A stretch of 64,000 bases of DNA. Origin: Eledone cirrhosa. Lineage: Eukaryota. The stretch spans positions 51,274,001 through 51,338,000 of the forward strand of contig OZ024740.1 of assembly GCA_964016885.1 (NCBI GenBank), written 5' to 3'. Of this stretch, positions 1 through 13,629 are shown piece by piece. Position 1 is the first letter of the stretch. Each line of letters begins with the position of its first letter. The position numbers were made by a program, and so were the translations under genes. A model generated the notes under the pieces. It was not told where the DNA came from. It saw only the letters and a program-made list of their open reading frames with translations, and did not search any database.

Positions 1-1960
1 TCTTTCTTCTTTACCCACTTATTCCTGAGAGGGTCATGGGGGTAGAGTCCTCAAACACTCCTTCCAGTGGGTCCTATCAGAAGCAACTATCTCCAAGGGT
101 TAGATAACATCCATCAGCCAAGCTCATGGATGTTATCTAACCCTTCCACTTCTACAGGTTCCCTCAACTTTGAATGCCCTGCATATCTTTATGCAGCTCT
201 CATCCTTCATACACAGCACATGGCAATACCAAGCACAATACATCCAATCCCTTTTATGCCCAATTTTTCTCTCAGCCCATTTATACTTTGTTGTTCTTGC
301 ACACTGCTATCACACACTCACTAGAGCAAGCTCATTTCATTTATTTCTAATCATTGCAGATTCTCTCCATTCAAGAACCAAGTCTTGCTTCAATGCAGTA
401 TTATACCATCTGCCATTCACTGCAAAGGAGAACTCCTTTGTTACCAACAAAGGTAGTAGCTTCCTGAACATTTCCAACTAGTTCTCACCCTGGCTATTGT
501 ACTTTCAGAACATGCACTTTTACTACTAATTGGGTCACCTACTCTCGGGTCTCAAATAATCATCCTCCCACACTTATTAATTTTTCATTATTTTTCCAAC
601 CCCCACCCACTTATCAAATTTTGCTTATTTATCTACATTGAAATTTTATTTTAAGTGGTAGCATTCCTGAGACAATTAATTTTCTTTATACATTGAAAAA
701 GTACATTTCTAGAAATGCCATACGCTATAAAATAAATAGGATGGGTTGGAGTTTCAATATATAAACTAAATGACTAATTCTGGTTTTTAAAACAAATCAA
801 TGGAGACAACCTAGAAAAATGACCGCCCCACCCCCATTATTTGGGGCTTGAGAGTAGGTATTAGAAGTTGTCAATTATTTCTAGGGAGCCATCTGAGTAT
901 TTGATAGAGCCTGTTTATGTGTACTCTTGCTACTTACTGCTCTTGTGCATCTGCCACATTTGAAATCTACATTCTTTCTTAGCCTGCCTGAGATCTCTTG
1001 TGTACCCATAGATTACATTTAGTACATTCATTTTTTTCCCACAAAGCACAACCATTTTCCTGATGGGATCAGTGCTCTGTCTTCTTTCTTACTTATTAGA
1101 ACTTTAGACTTTGCTAAATTCACTCTGAGTCCTTTCAATTCCAGGTTTTACTTCCACGTCTCTAATTTTGCCATGGATTCAACTATGAGAACTAAGTCAT
1201 CAACATATAGGGGTTTCCCTGGACAGCCAGTATTAAATTCCTCCATTGTGACTTGAAGGACTGATAACAGAACCTTGGGTATTCTATTGAAAGCTTTCTC
1301 CAAGTCAATAAATGCTAGGTAGAGTAGCTTGTGTTTAGCCAAGTACCTCTACTCTACCTTGTGTTTAGCCAAGTACTTCTACATCTGCCTCACAAGGAAG
1401 ATAGCATCAATAGTACCTATTTCCAGGGACAAAGCCAAACTGCATTTCATTCAGTTTAATTCTATCTTTAATCCATTATTCTATAACCCTTTCAGTAATT
1501 TCTATGACTCAATTCATCAAATCTGATACATCTATAGTCTCTTTTGTCCAGTGCATCTCCTTTGCACTTATAATAGTTGATAATGATGCTACACTAGTCA
1601 CTGGGCATGACTCCATCCTGTAATACAAGATCTACTATCTGTATGACAAACATGTAGCCCACAATCCTAGATGCTTTCAGTGTCTTGGCAACTATCTCCA
1701 ATGGTTCAACTGCCTTCCTTGTCTTACCTACCATACCACTACTAACCTGGATGGTTGCTCTTAGTTGGATCTACTTGGGAGAGGCCTTCCTACTCAAGTA
1801 TTTTCTTCATTCAATAGGCTCTTATAATGGCACTTACATACTTCTTGCTTTTTAGTGTTGAGGAAGGCAAATCATTTCAAATACACTTTTCCCCAACATC
1901 TTGATTTTTCCTAGCACACTGCCTAGCAATCTGGAACACCTCGAGACTATAGCTATAATT
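1..1960 (-). mobile_element. Degenerate RTE-type LINE, RT region and 3' part
   Basis: ORF 1148-1342: LYLAFIDLEKAFNRIP (RT motif A) and LYVDDLVL (YADD-like); IIDNF*YLGD motif spans the MITE at 542-854; many stops and frameshifts; boundaries approximate. Confidence 0.75.
542..854. mobile_element. Tc1/mariner-type MITE inserted in the LINE
   Basis: Imperfect TIRs CTCTCGGGTCTCAAATAAT / ATTATTTGGGGCTTGAGAG with TA on both sides; removing it restores the LINE codons N-F-*-Y-L-G-D. Confidence 0.8.
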
Positions 1961-2199
1961 ATTTAGTGTGGTGAGGACCAATAGAAAAGATTGTTTTGCA
2001 ATGCATTTCTAAAGTAAAAACTATTTGGAAGACTTCCCAATCGTAGAATCAGCAAATCATTTACATGGAGTGAACAACAATATCTTAAAAAGTAGAATTG
2101 TAAGAAATAATACTTCATTTAAATATAAATTCTAAACGCCTTGATTTTAATGTAAATTCCTTTCTATTTCTTTTTATTGTTTTAAATTTGTTTCTAAAT

Positions 2200-2760
2200 G
2201 GAAATTTTTTAGTTTCTATTTTATTACAGTTGTATAAATTTATAGTAGAATAACGTTGCAAATATGTTTTAAATATATACATAAATAACATAACAAATAT
2301 AAAATCATGAACAAAAATGATAAAGGAAAGAAAGAAGAAAAAATAAAGGGGCAGGGGGATATTAACCTGAGCCAGGGCCCATTTGATGATCCGGTTTAGC
2401 TCAGTGTGATGGGCAAAACGACCAACAACCAGGCAGCAGGACAAATCATGTAAACCTGTGGAGTCGAGGGATCTACCACAGCCGCATCTCAGACACCCAC
2501 AGACGTTGGTTCCCACACGAAGTGCAATGGAGATACGGAGTTCATCCTGACTAAGAAGGTCACCAATGTTGGCCACAGGCAGGGCATCAATCCAGTCCCC
2601 CGAGAACTTTGCTCTAGCAGAAAGTAAGCAGTACCTAGAAAATTGATTGGAAACCGAGACCTCCAAACCATTTGGGTAAGGCAGCTTGGTCGTGGGATTC
2701 TGGAGAGAGTCGGACATTGACCAAGCCCTCGATCTCACTGAATATAAGATCGCCGAAGCA
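2200..2760 (-). mobile_element. CRE-clade (RLE) non-LTR retrotransposon fragment: zinc knuckle plus 3' UTR
   Basis: SGDWIDALP..ELRISIALRVG..CGCGRSLDSTGLHDLSC..HHTELNRIIKWAL; AT-rich 3' UTR (2210-2310) is homologous to 5200-5290. Confidence 0.8.
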
Positions 2761-2769
2761 TTGGAGAGA

Positions 2770-3400
2770 TGACCTTTGTGAAAGGTTTAGAGGTTAGATT
2801 AGTTAATAAAAAGAAATAGACAAGGGGTGTTTCTCTAAAAAAGATACCTTCGTCTTTTAAAAAAATTATTTTGGTATATTTATAGAACACCCTACTCGAT
2901 TTCAGTGGGGAAAAATGTTTTTTCTCGGGGTTTTTGTGTGCTATCAACTAATCTAACCTCAAAGATTCTGGCAATCAACTTTTTTCCAGGAGAACGGAGT
3001 ACTCCCTTGGATACCCCGCCGGAATTTTCCCTCCGACTTTTTTTTTTGCGTGTTATCAATGAGTAGGACCTCAAAACCAGTCGGAAACGTCTCAATTTGT
3101 AGAAAAAGTAGGGTGAAAGGGTGCAAAAAGACCATTGGAGTTTCGCAGACCGACACACCTCTCACAATTAGTGGGAAATAATTATCTTTCCTTGTTTTGT
3201 TTTCTGAACCTCTTAGATGCTTGCAATCAACTTGTTTCCAGGAAAACGGAAATCCTAACCTTAAACCTAACTCTAGCCCTAAACCGAGGAGAAAGTCGAT
3301 TGCAAGCATCTGAGAGGTCCAAAGAAAAAAACAAGGAAAGGTAATTATTTCCTACCAAAGGTGAAGTGTGTAAATCTGCAAAACTTCAATGGTTTTTATA
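2770..3400. repeat. Unclassified dispersed repeat / foldback-like element with GAGGTTAGATTAGTT motif
   Basis: 2785-2805 is inverted to 2945-2964; 2881-2965 is inverted to about 4218-4290; direct repeat GCAATCAACTTnTTTCCAGGAnAACGGA at 2971 and 3223; related pieces at 41200-41255 and 42790-42852. Confidence 0.5.
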
Positions 3401-3409
3401 ATACTAACT

Positions 3410-4170
3410 TTTGTGTACAGTGCTCAGGTGCGCTACAACTCATCAAAGGTGCATGTATAGTACATAGAATAATGTACAAATGTCAGGAAAATGAATAGTG
3501 TAGGAGTCATGATATACATGTGTGCGTGTGTTTGGAGGGGGACATCAGGTGTAGTGTTGGCGAGTTTCAGGAAGCATGGAGGTTTTAAAGGATGCAGTGT
3601 CTTGGTAGCTAACAACTGATGCAGGTAGTTTGTTCCATGCTGCAGCAACTCTGAGCGTGAAAAAATGTTTCCGAAAGTCATGGGAGCTGTGTTGTTTTCT
3701 GACTTTGTAAGCATGCCCACGTGTGTTAGACACATGGAAATCAAAAAGGTGCTCAGAGTTGTTGTTGGCAAGATAGTTAATAATTTTGTGGGTGTTTACC
3801 AAGTCAGTTGCTAGACGTTGGAGCTTCAATGTATCCATGCCCAGGAGAGCAAGGTGTTCAGAGTATGGTAGATGCCTGATTGAGGGTATTCGCTTGGTTA
3901 CATGTCTCTGAACAGTTTCCAGGAAGTCAATGTTTTGAGCAAGATAGGGGGTTCCAGACTGGTGATGCAAATTCTATGTGTGGCTGCACCATAGCTATTT
4001 ACAGCATTAAATAGATAGCTGGAGAGCGGCTGACAAAGGTATTTGCTGAGTGATGCTAAGACACCCTCGGCCTTCTTGACAATTTTATAGACATACTTTG
4101 TCCAACGCAAATCGCTGCTGACAGTAATGCCCAGGTCACGTTCACAAGAAGACTTCTTCATATCTAGTCG
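3410..4170 (-). mobile_element. CR1-clade LINE 3' end, 5'-truncated
   Basis: ERDLGITVSSDLRW; LETVQRHVTKRIPSIRHLPYSEHL; TRGHAYKV..RKHFFTLRVAAAWNKLP, the typical CR1 ORF2 C-terminus. Confidence 0.9.
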
Positions 4171-4351
4171 TTTCCGACTGGTTTGGAGGTCATGTTCGTT
4201 AAAAATCCGTAGGGGAAACTTGGAGGTTAGATTAAGATAGCACGTGAAAAATATTTTTCCCACCCAGTGAAATCGAGTGTGGTGTTTATAATACGACTAA
4301 TTTTCCTCTCGTAACTCATAGTTATAGACATAATATCACGTTTCTGTGATA

Positions 4352-4540
4352 AAATCTGACAGTATCGGTAGAGCGTCAAACATGCTTTGCGGCATAGAGT
4401 TATGGCCCTTTACATTACGTCGAAGTTAGCTTCGTCTATCATCCGTATGGGGTCTATAAAATAAAACGCCAGTAACGTACTGGGTCGATTTAATCGGTTT
4501 TCGCTCTTTCAAAATTGCTGGCTTTGTGCCTTAAGTAAAT
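4352..4540 (+). mobile_element. tRNA-derived SINE, family A, degraded
   Basis: Homologous to 15054-15238 in reverse orientation. Confidence 0.7.
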
Positions 4541-4675
4541 TATCCATTCATTATGAGCATGAAAGTGGAAGGTACGATGAAAAGATTTCCAGGTATACAT
4601 TTAGCCTACTACAAATAGAATGAAAGCATTCAGTAAATTGAAGCCTTAAAACGAAAGAAAATGTAGAATACGAGG

Positions 4676-5310
4676 TTGTCCAGAAGTGACGGCAAAAGAC
4701 CTGACGTCCTTACCCTGTGCCTCCGGTCGAGAGGCAGGTGCCTTGTCTGGGACGTCACTGTTAGTGACTCTTTTGCTTCTTCCCACATCCTGGATGCTGT
4801 GTTTAGGACGAGAGCCACAGCTTCTGCAGTCGAGCTGAGTAAGACCCTCAAATACTGTGATCTGTCGCTAAGGTACATGTTTCAGCCTGTGGCTTTCGAG
4901 ACGTTTGGGAGAGTCGGGCCGATGACTGCGAGGTTCTTCTCTTCACTGGCGAATCTCGCGAGGGCGCTTGGTTGTTCCAGCGCATTAGCCTCGCCATCAC
5001 CCGGGGCAACGCTGCGAGAGTGCTGGTTTGCCTAAAAATCATTAGAGAGGTTGCTAGATACTCCTAGCGACGTTGCTGTCTTTTGCTCTGGTGTTGGCTC
5101 GGTTGTTCATCCCTTCCTTTACACTTTCTTTAATATTGCAACATTAAAACAATATATCCTTCTGAAAGAATCGCGAGCAATTTATAACGTTATCTAAGCA
5201 TTTGTGATGTTATTTATGTATATATTTAAAACACATTTGTTATGTTATTCTTCTGTAAATTTATTTATATGCTTTGTATAATAAATTTCCCACCAGCATT
5301 AAAAAAAAAC
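4676..5310 (+). mobile_element. CRE-clade retrotransposon 3' end: RLE domain, 3' UTR and poly(A)
   Basis: DGKRPD..LVWDVTV..KTLKY..FQPVAFETFG (PD..D restriction-like endonuclease); AATAAA near 5280 and A-tract at 5301-5309. Confidence 0.85.
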
Positions 5311-5519
5311 TAAAGCCTAAAAAAGAATATCTTTTTTAAGAAGAAAAATCATAAACTACACATTTGAAAATTTCTTTAAAAACTATGTATTATGGTCATG
5401 TGGTTAGAATGTCTGAGAAAAGAAACGTTGGACAGATTTTACGGGCGAAACCAACTGGCAGGAGACCCAGCGATACACCCACCAAATTACTGGCCTTGTG
5501 TCTATATATTAGAAATCAT

Positions 5520-5705
5520 GGATTGGCAGTGTCGGTAGAGGGTCGGACGCCATGCTTTGAGTATAGAGTTACGGCCCTTGCCATTCTGAGTTCAAATCCC
5601 GCCGAGGTTAACTTTGCCTTTCATCCTTACGGGGTCGATTAAATAAAGTACAACTAATGCACTGAGATAATTCCTGGCCTTGTGAGAAAAGTAGAAACAA
5701 TCATT
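5520..5705 (+). mobile_element. tRNA-derived SINE, family A
   Basis: A box TGGCAGTGTCGG, B box GTTCAAATCC, core CTTTCATCCTTACGGGGTCGA. Confidence 0.85.
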
Positions 5706-7149
5706 AAGAAAGTTATGAGAAAACGTAGGATGAGGGGGAACCACTTGACTAGATAGCTGGGAGAATATAAACACAATTTCTTTATTCTGATTGGTCAAGA
5801 CAAATAATTGTTTTCTAAGTTAGGCACAAGGACAGCAATTTATAGCGAGGTGACAAAACCTATTGCAGATAACAATTATGTAATAACAAATACCATTATA
5901 ACGATATTTTTTTCAAAATCCCCCGCCATATGATCGATCTCGTTATAAAGAATTTTTCGTGACAACGAATATTTTTTTATACAACGTGAATTTGACGCTC
6001 TGCAAATCCATAATGAAAGGCAATCTTAGCAGGAACTGTTTCGTCTTTTAAAATGTATTTTTTTGTCCTTTTTAAAGAGTGTAGGTTATGACTCGCAAGA
6101 GAATTTGCTGCCGTTTATAGCAGGACGAGAAAAATGGGTGCAGGTTTTTGGAGTTTACGAAACTATGCAACAAGTACAGCAGAAGAGAGTAAAATTGAAC
6201 TTTATGGTCAGTATCAAGATTTTCGCCTCAATTTACGAACATGACAAACCATACTTTGATCAAATTTCAGTTCAATTCGACCACAAAATTAAAACAAATT
6301 ACAATGTAATAAAAAGGTGGAGAATAAAACATTTATAGTTGAAAGTCCATGATAAAAGCTAAAATTAATGACAGAGCATCTTAATACTTAATCGTATAAC
6401 GAACAATATTTTTTAGCAATGTGAAAATAAGAATAAAGATGTTCTATAGATGTTAGCGAAAAACTCGGAACTAAAACTCCTTACCGTTTCAAAATTGAAC
6501 TGTTTCTGTCGCAATAAATTGTTTATCGTTTGTGATTTGAAAACAGGATGTAGCAGTTAAGATAAAATATTGATAATAACGTAGCAACTAAACTTTAATC
6601 TCACTGCATTTCTAAACATATAAAATTGAACTTATTCGTGTCTTGCCTATGTAGTGACCAATACTGAGCTTTATCATATTTTTAAAAAATTGTTGTGGCT
6701 CTTAATGAGGCTGTTTACTTGTAAACAAACCGAATATTAATAATATATTATTATAATATTATTATTCACTCACGAATATATCATATAATATGATATAAAA
6801 TATACCGCGCGATTTGGAATGGCTATTGTAACGTGTCACGAAAAGGAAAACTCAACTAAGTCAGTCGTCGGTTGATATACAGTCTCGTTTAAAAACAAAC
6901 CAAATGCAGAAAAATATGTATATACACAATCCCTCCAAAATACTAAAATAAATTTGTTGATTGGTATAAACGTGTAAACGAAAAATAGTAAAAATATAAA
7001 TGAACAGACCTCTTCTCGAGATGATTTCCTTGGTATTAATGTGATAATCAGTACAACGTAATTTCCAATTCTAAATATAGATTTTTTTTTGTAAAAATGG
7101 GCGGGGAGGAAACATTTCTCTTTACAATTAAAAACATATTTGTTTGTAA

Positions 7150-7331
7150 ACACAAGGACAACAATTTTCAATTAAATCGATCCCAGTGCGTGACAGATAC
7201 TTTATTTTATCGACCCCATAAGGATGAAAGGCAAAGTTAACATCGGGGGGATTTGAACTCAGATCATAAAGGGCCGTAACTCTATGCTGCAAAGCATGGC
7301 GTCCGAACTCTATCGATACTGCCATCCACCT
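7150..7331 (-). mobile_element. tRNA-derived SINE, family A
   Basis: Core TTTTATCGACCCCATAAGGATGAAAGGCAAAG; B box on the minus strand (GATTTGAAC on +). Confidence 0.85.
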
Positions 7332-7399
7332 ACATATAATAAATACAATTAACTATTGCTAGGAACCTCACAAATATAAAAGATAAAGGGGAAAGACAC

Positions 7400-7725
7400 C
7401 CTTCAGTCATGAATGACCATAGGATTTGCACCTAGAAAGTTTCCCTCCGAAGCACAAGTCCGGGCAAGGTTATTTGTGGAAGACTAGACGCACATGCATA
7501 CCAGCCTCCCCTCTCCACACCACTGATGATGTCCGAGGGAAAGGCAATGGTTGATATAGCTTGCATCAGTGATGACGCAACTCATTTCTACAGCTGAGTA
7601 AACTGGAGCTACGTGAAAAATAAAGTGTCTTGCTCAAGGAAACAACGCATCACCCGGTTCAAGGATCGAACTCACAACCTTCCTATTACAAACTCAACGC
7701 TCTAACTACTAAGCCATGCACCTTC
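7400..7725 (-). mobile_element. tRNA-derived SINE, family B
   Basis: Minus-strand head GCATGGCTTAGTAGTTAGAGC..GAGTTCGATCC (A/B boxes); on + the body reads TGTCTTGCTCAAGGAAACAAC. Confidence 0.7.
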
Positions 7726-8167
7726 ACCTCACAAATATAATGCACCAAAATATACGATCAGAGCGAGAAAAAGAGAAAATATATAAGTGAAATTCTGTTA
7801 TAACGAAATTCACGGGATATAAAAGAAATTCGTTGTAACGAAAAGTACTTTATAGTGAAATTTCGGTATAACGAAATCCTTATGGGATCGATAAAATAAA
7901 GTACCAGTAAATACACTGAGATAATTGCTGGCCTTGTGCCAAAACTACAAATAATTATTGGTCTAAGTCTTTCTGTACTTATTTATAAACAAGGGGAAAA
8001 CCCACACAAAAATTGATTCAAAAGTTCATATGCTGACTATGAAGTATTGATGCTAGAGCAGACATCCTGCATGCATTAATTTCCACTCTTCTTATTAATG
8101 CATTGTTTCCTTCTGTAGCTGGAGGCATTCAGATTTACCTTGCATCTTCGAATCACTTTGGGCAGAG

Positions 8168-9398
8168 TTGTTCCACCGTCCACATGCGATACATCTACTC
8201 GGTCTGCGTTCACACAACACGTCCACACGAACTTCTAGCACAAGGGCGTCGCTTATGTGACGTCACTCATCCTCATGTTTCCGGTCAGGCGTCCCCCCAC
8301 GGTACCCCGCCCCCTCCTCTGATCTCAAGGATCAATCCTCCCATCACATTCTTCCATGTCAAAATTCGGCATCCACCTAGGTGGTCAGCGGTTTAGTTGC
8401 GATCTCTGCACTGTTGAGGTGGTACTTTCGTTTTCATCCTCCTCGGAATCCGTCACAACAACGACTACGGAAGTCCAAGACACGTTCTTTGGGGAATTTA
8501 CACCTGTTACCATTCCCTTTCCCCATTGAGATGTGCAATGCGTGTTTGGGGGCTTGACCCAGACCTCTTCGCCCACTCGTACACCTTCTCTCTCTCCACC
8601 AGCTGCTGTGGTACTATGCACAGATGTCGCCATTCGTATCTGTATATTGCCCTGTGTGGCACTCACTCCTCGCCCACCCCACCCGAGGAGACATGTACCA
8701 CAATACCACCTTCATTGGTGAAATGTACCCCCTTTCCATCATGTTCTTGATCGTGCGATGGTGTCTCTCCATGATCCCATTTCCGCTTGGCCTGTATGCC
8801 ACTCTGAAGAAGCGGTTCACCTTCCCCTTGTCAAGCATTTCCCTCAGCGCCTCCGAACGAAACGCCATGTTGTTGTCCATCAGCAGTTTATCTACGGTTC
8901 CGCTCCAAGAATATCTCTTAGCGTTCGCGTGATTTCCTCTGCGGTCCCCGCCTTCATTTCCCTCCATATCATCATCCATCCCGACCCACAATCGACCACC
9001 GAGAGATACATTCCTTGTCAGTAGTGTGTCACATCCACCGCCAATCGATCGTTTCCAGTTGTGCTCCACCGGGATGTCTCGTGCACACCCGGGGCAGGGT
9101 CGATTCACTGGCATCTGTCGCAACCACCGACCACTCTCTGGACACTCTGTCTGCTAACATTGGAGTTGATTCTTATGGCTAGGAACAGGGTCGCATCCAC
9201 TCCCATGTGGTGCATGGCATGCAAACCCCTCAACTCTGAGTTGCTCAGCTGACACACTGCAGCTATCCCCTTTTCTGCATTCTCTGGCGCTTCCAACCAG
9301 GCTTTCTTCACCCTGATTAAAATGTCTGCCCTATACTCTGAGGGTATAAAAACCACACTCAACTTCAGGCCAAACTTGGTGGACAGCTCTCCCAGAGC
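8168..9398 (-). mobile_element. Gypsy-like LTR retrotransposon, 3' part (integrase, PPT, probable 3' LTR about 8168-8306)
   Basis: HAMHHMGVDATL..CDRCQ (HHCC zinc finger); MDNNMAFRS..AYRPSGNGIMERHHRTIK (integrase core); VGEEVWVKPP; purine tract AGAGGAGGGG on minus near 8310-8321. Confidence 0.8.
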
Positions 9399-12300
9399 CA
9401 CTGGCGGATTGGCCTGTCGGGCAACCGGGCAAATGCCAGAACGGCCAGTGTGCCAGAGGATCGGTGCTGCTGCGAAAATTTTTAACAATATTTTGGTTAC
9501 TGTCACAGCAGCTTGCAGTGTGGCCGACCTGCCTGTATGCCGAAGAATGTTAGTACTATGTTGTGTAGCATGGTCATTGGCAGGGCCGGCACTACTGTTA
9601 GGCGAACTAGGTGCTTGCCTAGGGCACAGGATTTAGAGGGGCACAAAAAAATACTACAAATGAAAAACGTGTTATGATATAATAATTATTAAAAAGTTAT
9701 TTACAATAGTTATTTTTATTAAAAATTATAATAATAACTTATTTTGTTTTAATGTGTAGCGTACATAAATTCCCCCTCGAATTCGTAGAAACTGAATGCT
9801 TTCGAATTCTCGGAATATTGGTTGCTGCTGATTTTCACACTGATTGACCTTACTGACAAACTGACCAGGCGCGGATCTTCAGTGCAACAGAAAGTCTTAA
9901 CACTGGAAGACACACATATTAGTCGTTCCCAACATGTATTTCGTTCAACAGATAGTTGTCAAACGAGAACACTGGATAATCTGTTGTTCTCACCGAACGA
10001 CTTGGTTTCGACTATAACCCAACAAATCTCTATGTAACATTCATACAAAAATATGACGTATCCTACGCATACACCTTATAAACTTTGCCACACAAATATG
10101 TATTTCTTTGATGACATCTGTAAACACACTTGGAGAATACGTTCATACAATAAATATATGTTCAAAAATACTTTGACTAGATTTTGTTGTTCCAATACAA
10201 TTAACGTTTAACACAGCCTAAAGCCTTTTGATACTATTTCTAATTTGGAGTCAAACAAGATAGTAAAATAACCAAAACCACACATTTTCTATACTGGCTA
10301 ATATACTATATTGGATGTTATGGTTCATTCACTACAATGGCAATTTTCTATAAATGTATTGATATGTGAAATGAACTTTTAAAAGTTCATGTACTTTATT
10401 TTTTTTATTATAATTTACCATATTAAAATTTTTATTTAATATATATAAAATAATATAATTTAAATTAATATGGCTTAATAATTTGTTAAAAAATAATTCT
10501 CTTTTTCAGATGATATAAATAATTCATTTAGAGATGAGGATAGGAATAAGGACAAGTTATTTTTTAGTATATCATATTGCACTAAACTATTATTTTTTTA
10601 GCATGGCAGACAATAAACAACCATCTGGTGCTCAGTATCGCAAACGCAAACTTGAAAAAGAAAGGGAATTTGCTAAAGAGAGAAGCCTGCGCAAAGAAAA
10701 AATTCAGAACAACAGGGAAGTAGTGCAACGTGTAGTTGACATTGTTAAAGTAATTGGAAAACGGGGTCTTAGCTACCGTGGATCATCTTCTGAATCTGAG
10801 TCAGCATATGGGTTAGATAATCCTATTCTTGATCACGGCACCTTCTTAGAACTTGTTTTGCTTCTCAGTAAGTATGACATCCTCCTAAAAGATCATCTGG
10901 AAAAGGTGATCAAACAGAGTTAGAAAGCACATGACACAGGCAGTAAAGGTCATGGTAGTTCTTTGACTCTGATTTCAAAGACAACAGTTAATCTTGTCAT
11001 TATGGCCAATTCTTCCCTGATTAAAAGTGTTATTGTTGATGAAGTTCGCCAAGCTGGCATGGTTTCGGTTCAACTGGATACAACCCAAGATGTTTCAGTG
11101 AAAGACCAATGCTCCATAATTCTTCGATACGTCTTTGAAAATCAGATTTATGAAAGACTAATCGCAGTTGTGAACACCTCGGATTCCACCGGAAAAGGGA
11201 TGTGCGAACTGCTGAAAAAGACACTGGAGGAGAATAATATTGGTATTGGGAATTGCGTCTCAAATTCAACTGATGGAGCGTCAAACATGCAAGGCATATA
11301 TAATGGTTTTACAGCCTGGTTGACGAAAGAAGCTCCTGGACAGATTCATAGATGGTGCTACGCACATATACTAAATTTGGTCATACATGATGCTACTCAG
11401 AATATTCTGGCTTCGTCATCACTATTTTCACTGATGAATCAAGTTGCTGTCTTTTTTCCGAGAATCGTACAAACGCATGGATATTTGGGAGAACATCAGC
11501 AAAATTCCCAGAAAGAAGCGTCTTCAGATGATCGGAGAAACAAGGTGGTGGGCTAAACATGCTGCTATTTCCAAAGTATTTGGCTGTTTCACAAACACTA
11601 ACCCTGATAATAATCATTACGTGGACATAGTGCTAGCACTTTTGTCTATCGAAGAGAATGAACAAGCCCAGCCAGATATACGAGCAAAGGCCAGATCCCT
11701 CAACGATTCACTATTGAAGTATGAAACTGTTATGACAGCTTTTACGTATCTTAGAATATTTGAATTGTCCACACCGTTGTCAAAGTATCTCCAGACTAGT
11801 GGCATGGATGTTCTTAAAGCACATCAGTTTGTAATGAGCACGATAACTGAAGTGCAAAACATACAGAGAGATGTAGAAGGGGTTCATCGTGCTGTGTCAG
11901 AATTTATTGACTGAACTTCCAAAAAACTGGAAGAACGTTGTGAAGCTGATGGGATTGAAACTGTTTTGACGCCTCAAGACTCCTTTCCAGAAAAAAAGAG
12001 AATGCCAGGAGAAAATGGAAAAGATGAACCTATAGCCGACGCAATGGAAGATTTTACTGTGATTGTACATAAGATCACAGATCAAGTAGTTCAAAGCTTG
12101 AAATCGAGATTTGAATCGAATGGTTCAATTTACAGAGATATGGCATGTTTATCGCCACTGAATTTTAGTGATATAGCCACCTGTCTGACTCAGGATGCAT
12201 TGGAAACATTAAGTAGCCTACTTTTTTGTTTTGAACCGAGTACAACGAAAGAGAACTTACAACTTGAACTGATTAATTTTGCAAAAAATTGGAGCAGCCT

Positions 12301-12835
12301 TCGCAAAGGACTTCCTGAATAATATGCCGCTGCCTCTGCCAGACAATATGATGATGAAGATGAAGGTGAGCAAGTGGTTTCAACGGTTTGTAAGCGTTGT
12401 AAAAATTGTGCAGTGTGCGTTTATCAGACTCTGCAGGCTTACAACCTTTTGACTGATGCGTATGGACTAATAGGATTAGCTTATAAATTGATGTTGACTC
12501 TATCAACGACGCAAGTTGCCTGTGAACGTTCCTTCTCAACTTTGAAGTTTGTGAAGAACTGTCTAAGAAGTACACTAACTGAAAAGCATTTGGATGCTCT
12601 CATGCTCTTGTGTGTAGAAAAAGATGTGCTTAGTCAGGTGGACTACCAGGATGTTATTGACAAAGTCGCTGAAAACAGTGACCTACTTAAGAAAAACTTG
12701 ACTTTTTAACTGCTTTGTGTAAATTGTTTTCTTTTAAAAAACATTCTTTTTCAAAAAAACATTTATTTAATTTTGTTTATAGGGCCGGTTGCTTCGGATT
12801 TGCCAGGGCCGATTTTAAGTCCCAATCCGCCCTTG
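9399..12835 (+). mobile_element. hAT DNA transposon (ZMYM1-like/Tip100-type) inserted into the Gypsy-like pol
   Basis: TIRs CACTGGCGGATTGG / CCAATCCGCCCTTG; 8-bp TSD CCCAGAGC (9391-9398) / CCCAGAGT (12836-12843); excision rejoins host KRCLGTLG|ELSTKFG. Confidence 0.92.
10603..12709 (+). pseudogene. Disrupted hAT transposase (DUF4371-like region plus hAT dimerisation domain)
   Basis: SGAQYRKRK; LDTTQDVS; STDGASNMQG; WCYAHILNLVI (CxxH); ETRW; QVACERSFSTLKFVKNCLRSTL; several stops and frameshifts. Confidence 0.9.
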
Positions 12836-13628
12836 CCCAGAGTTCCCAGGCAGCGCTTTATCAACATTTCTGCTGCCCCTCTCATTTGCACCCTCTTCTC
12901 ACTGGTAAGCACTGATCTCACCCATCCGAGTACAGTGGCCGAGTCAGTGCGAATCTCTATGGTGCACAGCCCCCATCTCAGGGTGAGATTCACTCCTTTC
13001 AGCACAGTGTCCAGTTCGGCCATGTCGATGTCCTTCCTCCTGAGCCAGGCTGCGTCCTCGACCTCGATGCCCCTATCTCCAGAGTGACTCCCTAGTGCTA
13101 TGCCACTGGCATCCACCATACGGTCCTGTTCTCCAATTTGGGGACGTACTAGCATCCTCTTACTGGGTCATCCACCTTTACCCTCCCCACGATCTCCTGC
13201 ATCATGGCTACTGTCCTCTCTCCAACCTGAGACACTAGCTCACCTCATCTCTTGACATAGCTGCATGCTGCCCAGATCCACCCTGCACTCGGATAGTGGC
13301 CCACCAATTTTCCACATATTGAGAAGAGTTCCCATCTATTCATGTTGGGGCCCAGTTCCGGGACTTCGTTTCCCCTCTGAAACACCAGTGTACCTGTCTT
13401 GTCTTTTTGCAGCTTGAGTCCTAGTGCAGCTCCTTCTTCCATCGCCTCCGGTGGTTTCGCGGTCAGCCTGAACTTTCCCAAGTGGCTTGAGACCTCTGCT
13501 GCTGACACCACCATCTCGTCCACTAAGATGTCATTGATGTAGGAGTTGGTGGCCCTCCTCACCTTGTCTACTTTTCCCAGAATGGCCCTGAAGATTGTCG
13601 CCATGATCTTTGGTGCAGAGTTCAACTG
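12836..13628 (-). mobile_element. Gypsy-like LTR retrotransposon, RT/RNase H part (continues into 8168-9398)
   Basis: LNSAPKIM..SYINDILV (YIDD-like); VDASGIALG..DMAELDTVLKG..IRTDSATV (RNase H). Confidence 0.85.
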
Positions 13629-13629
13629 C

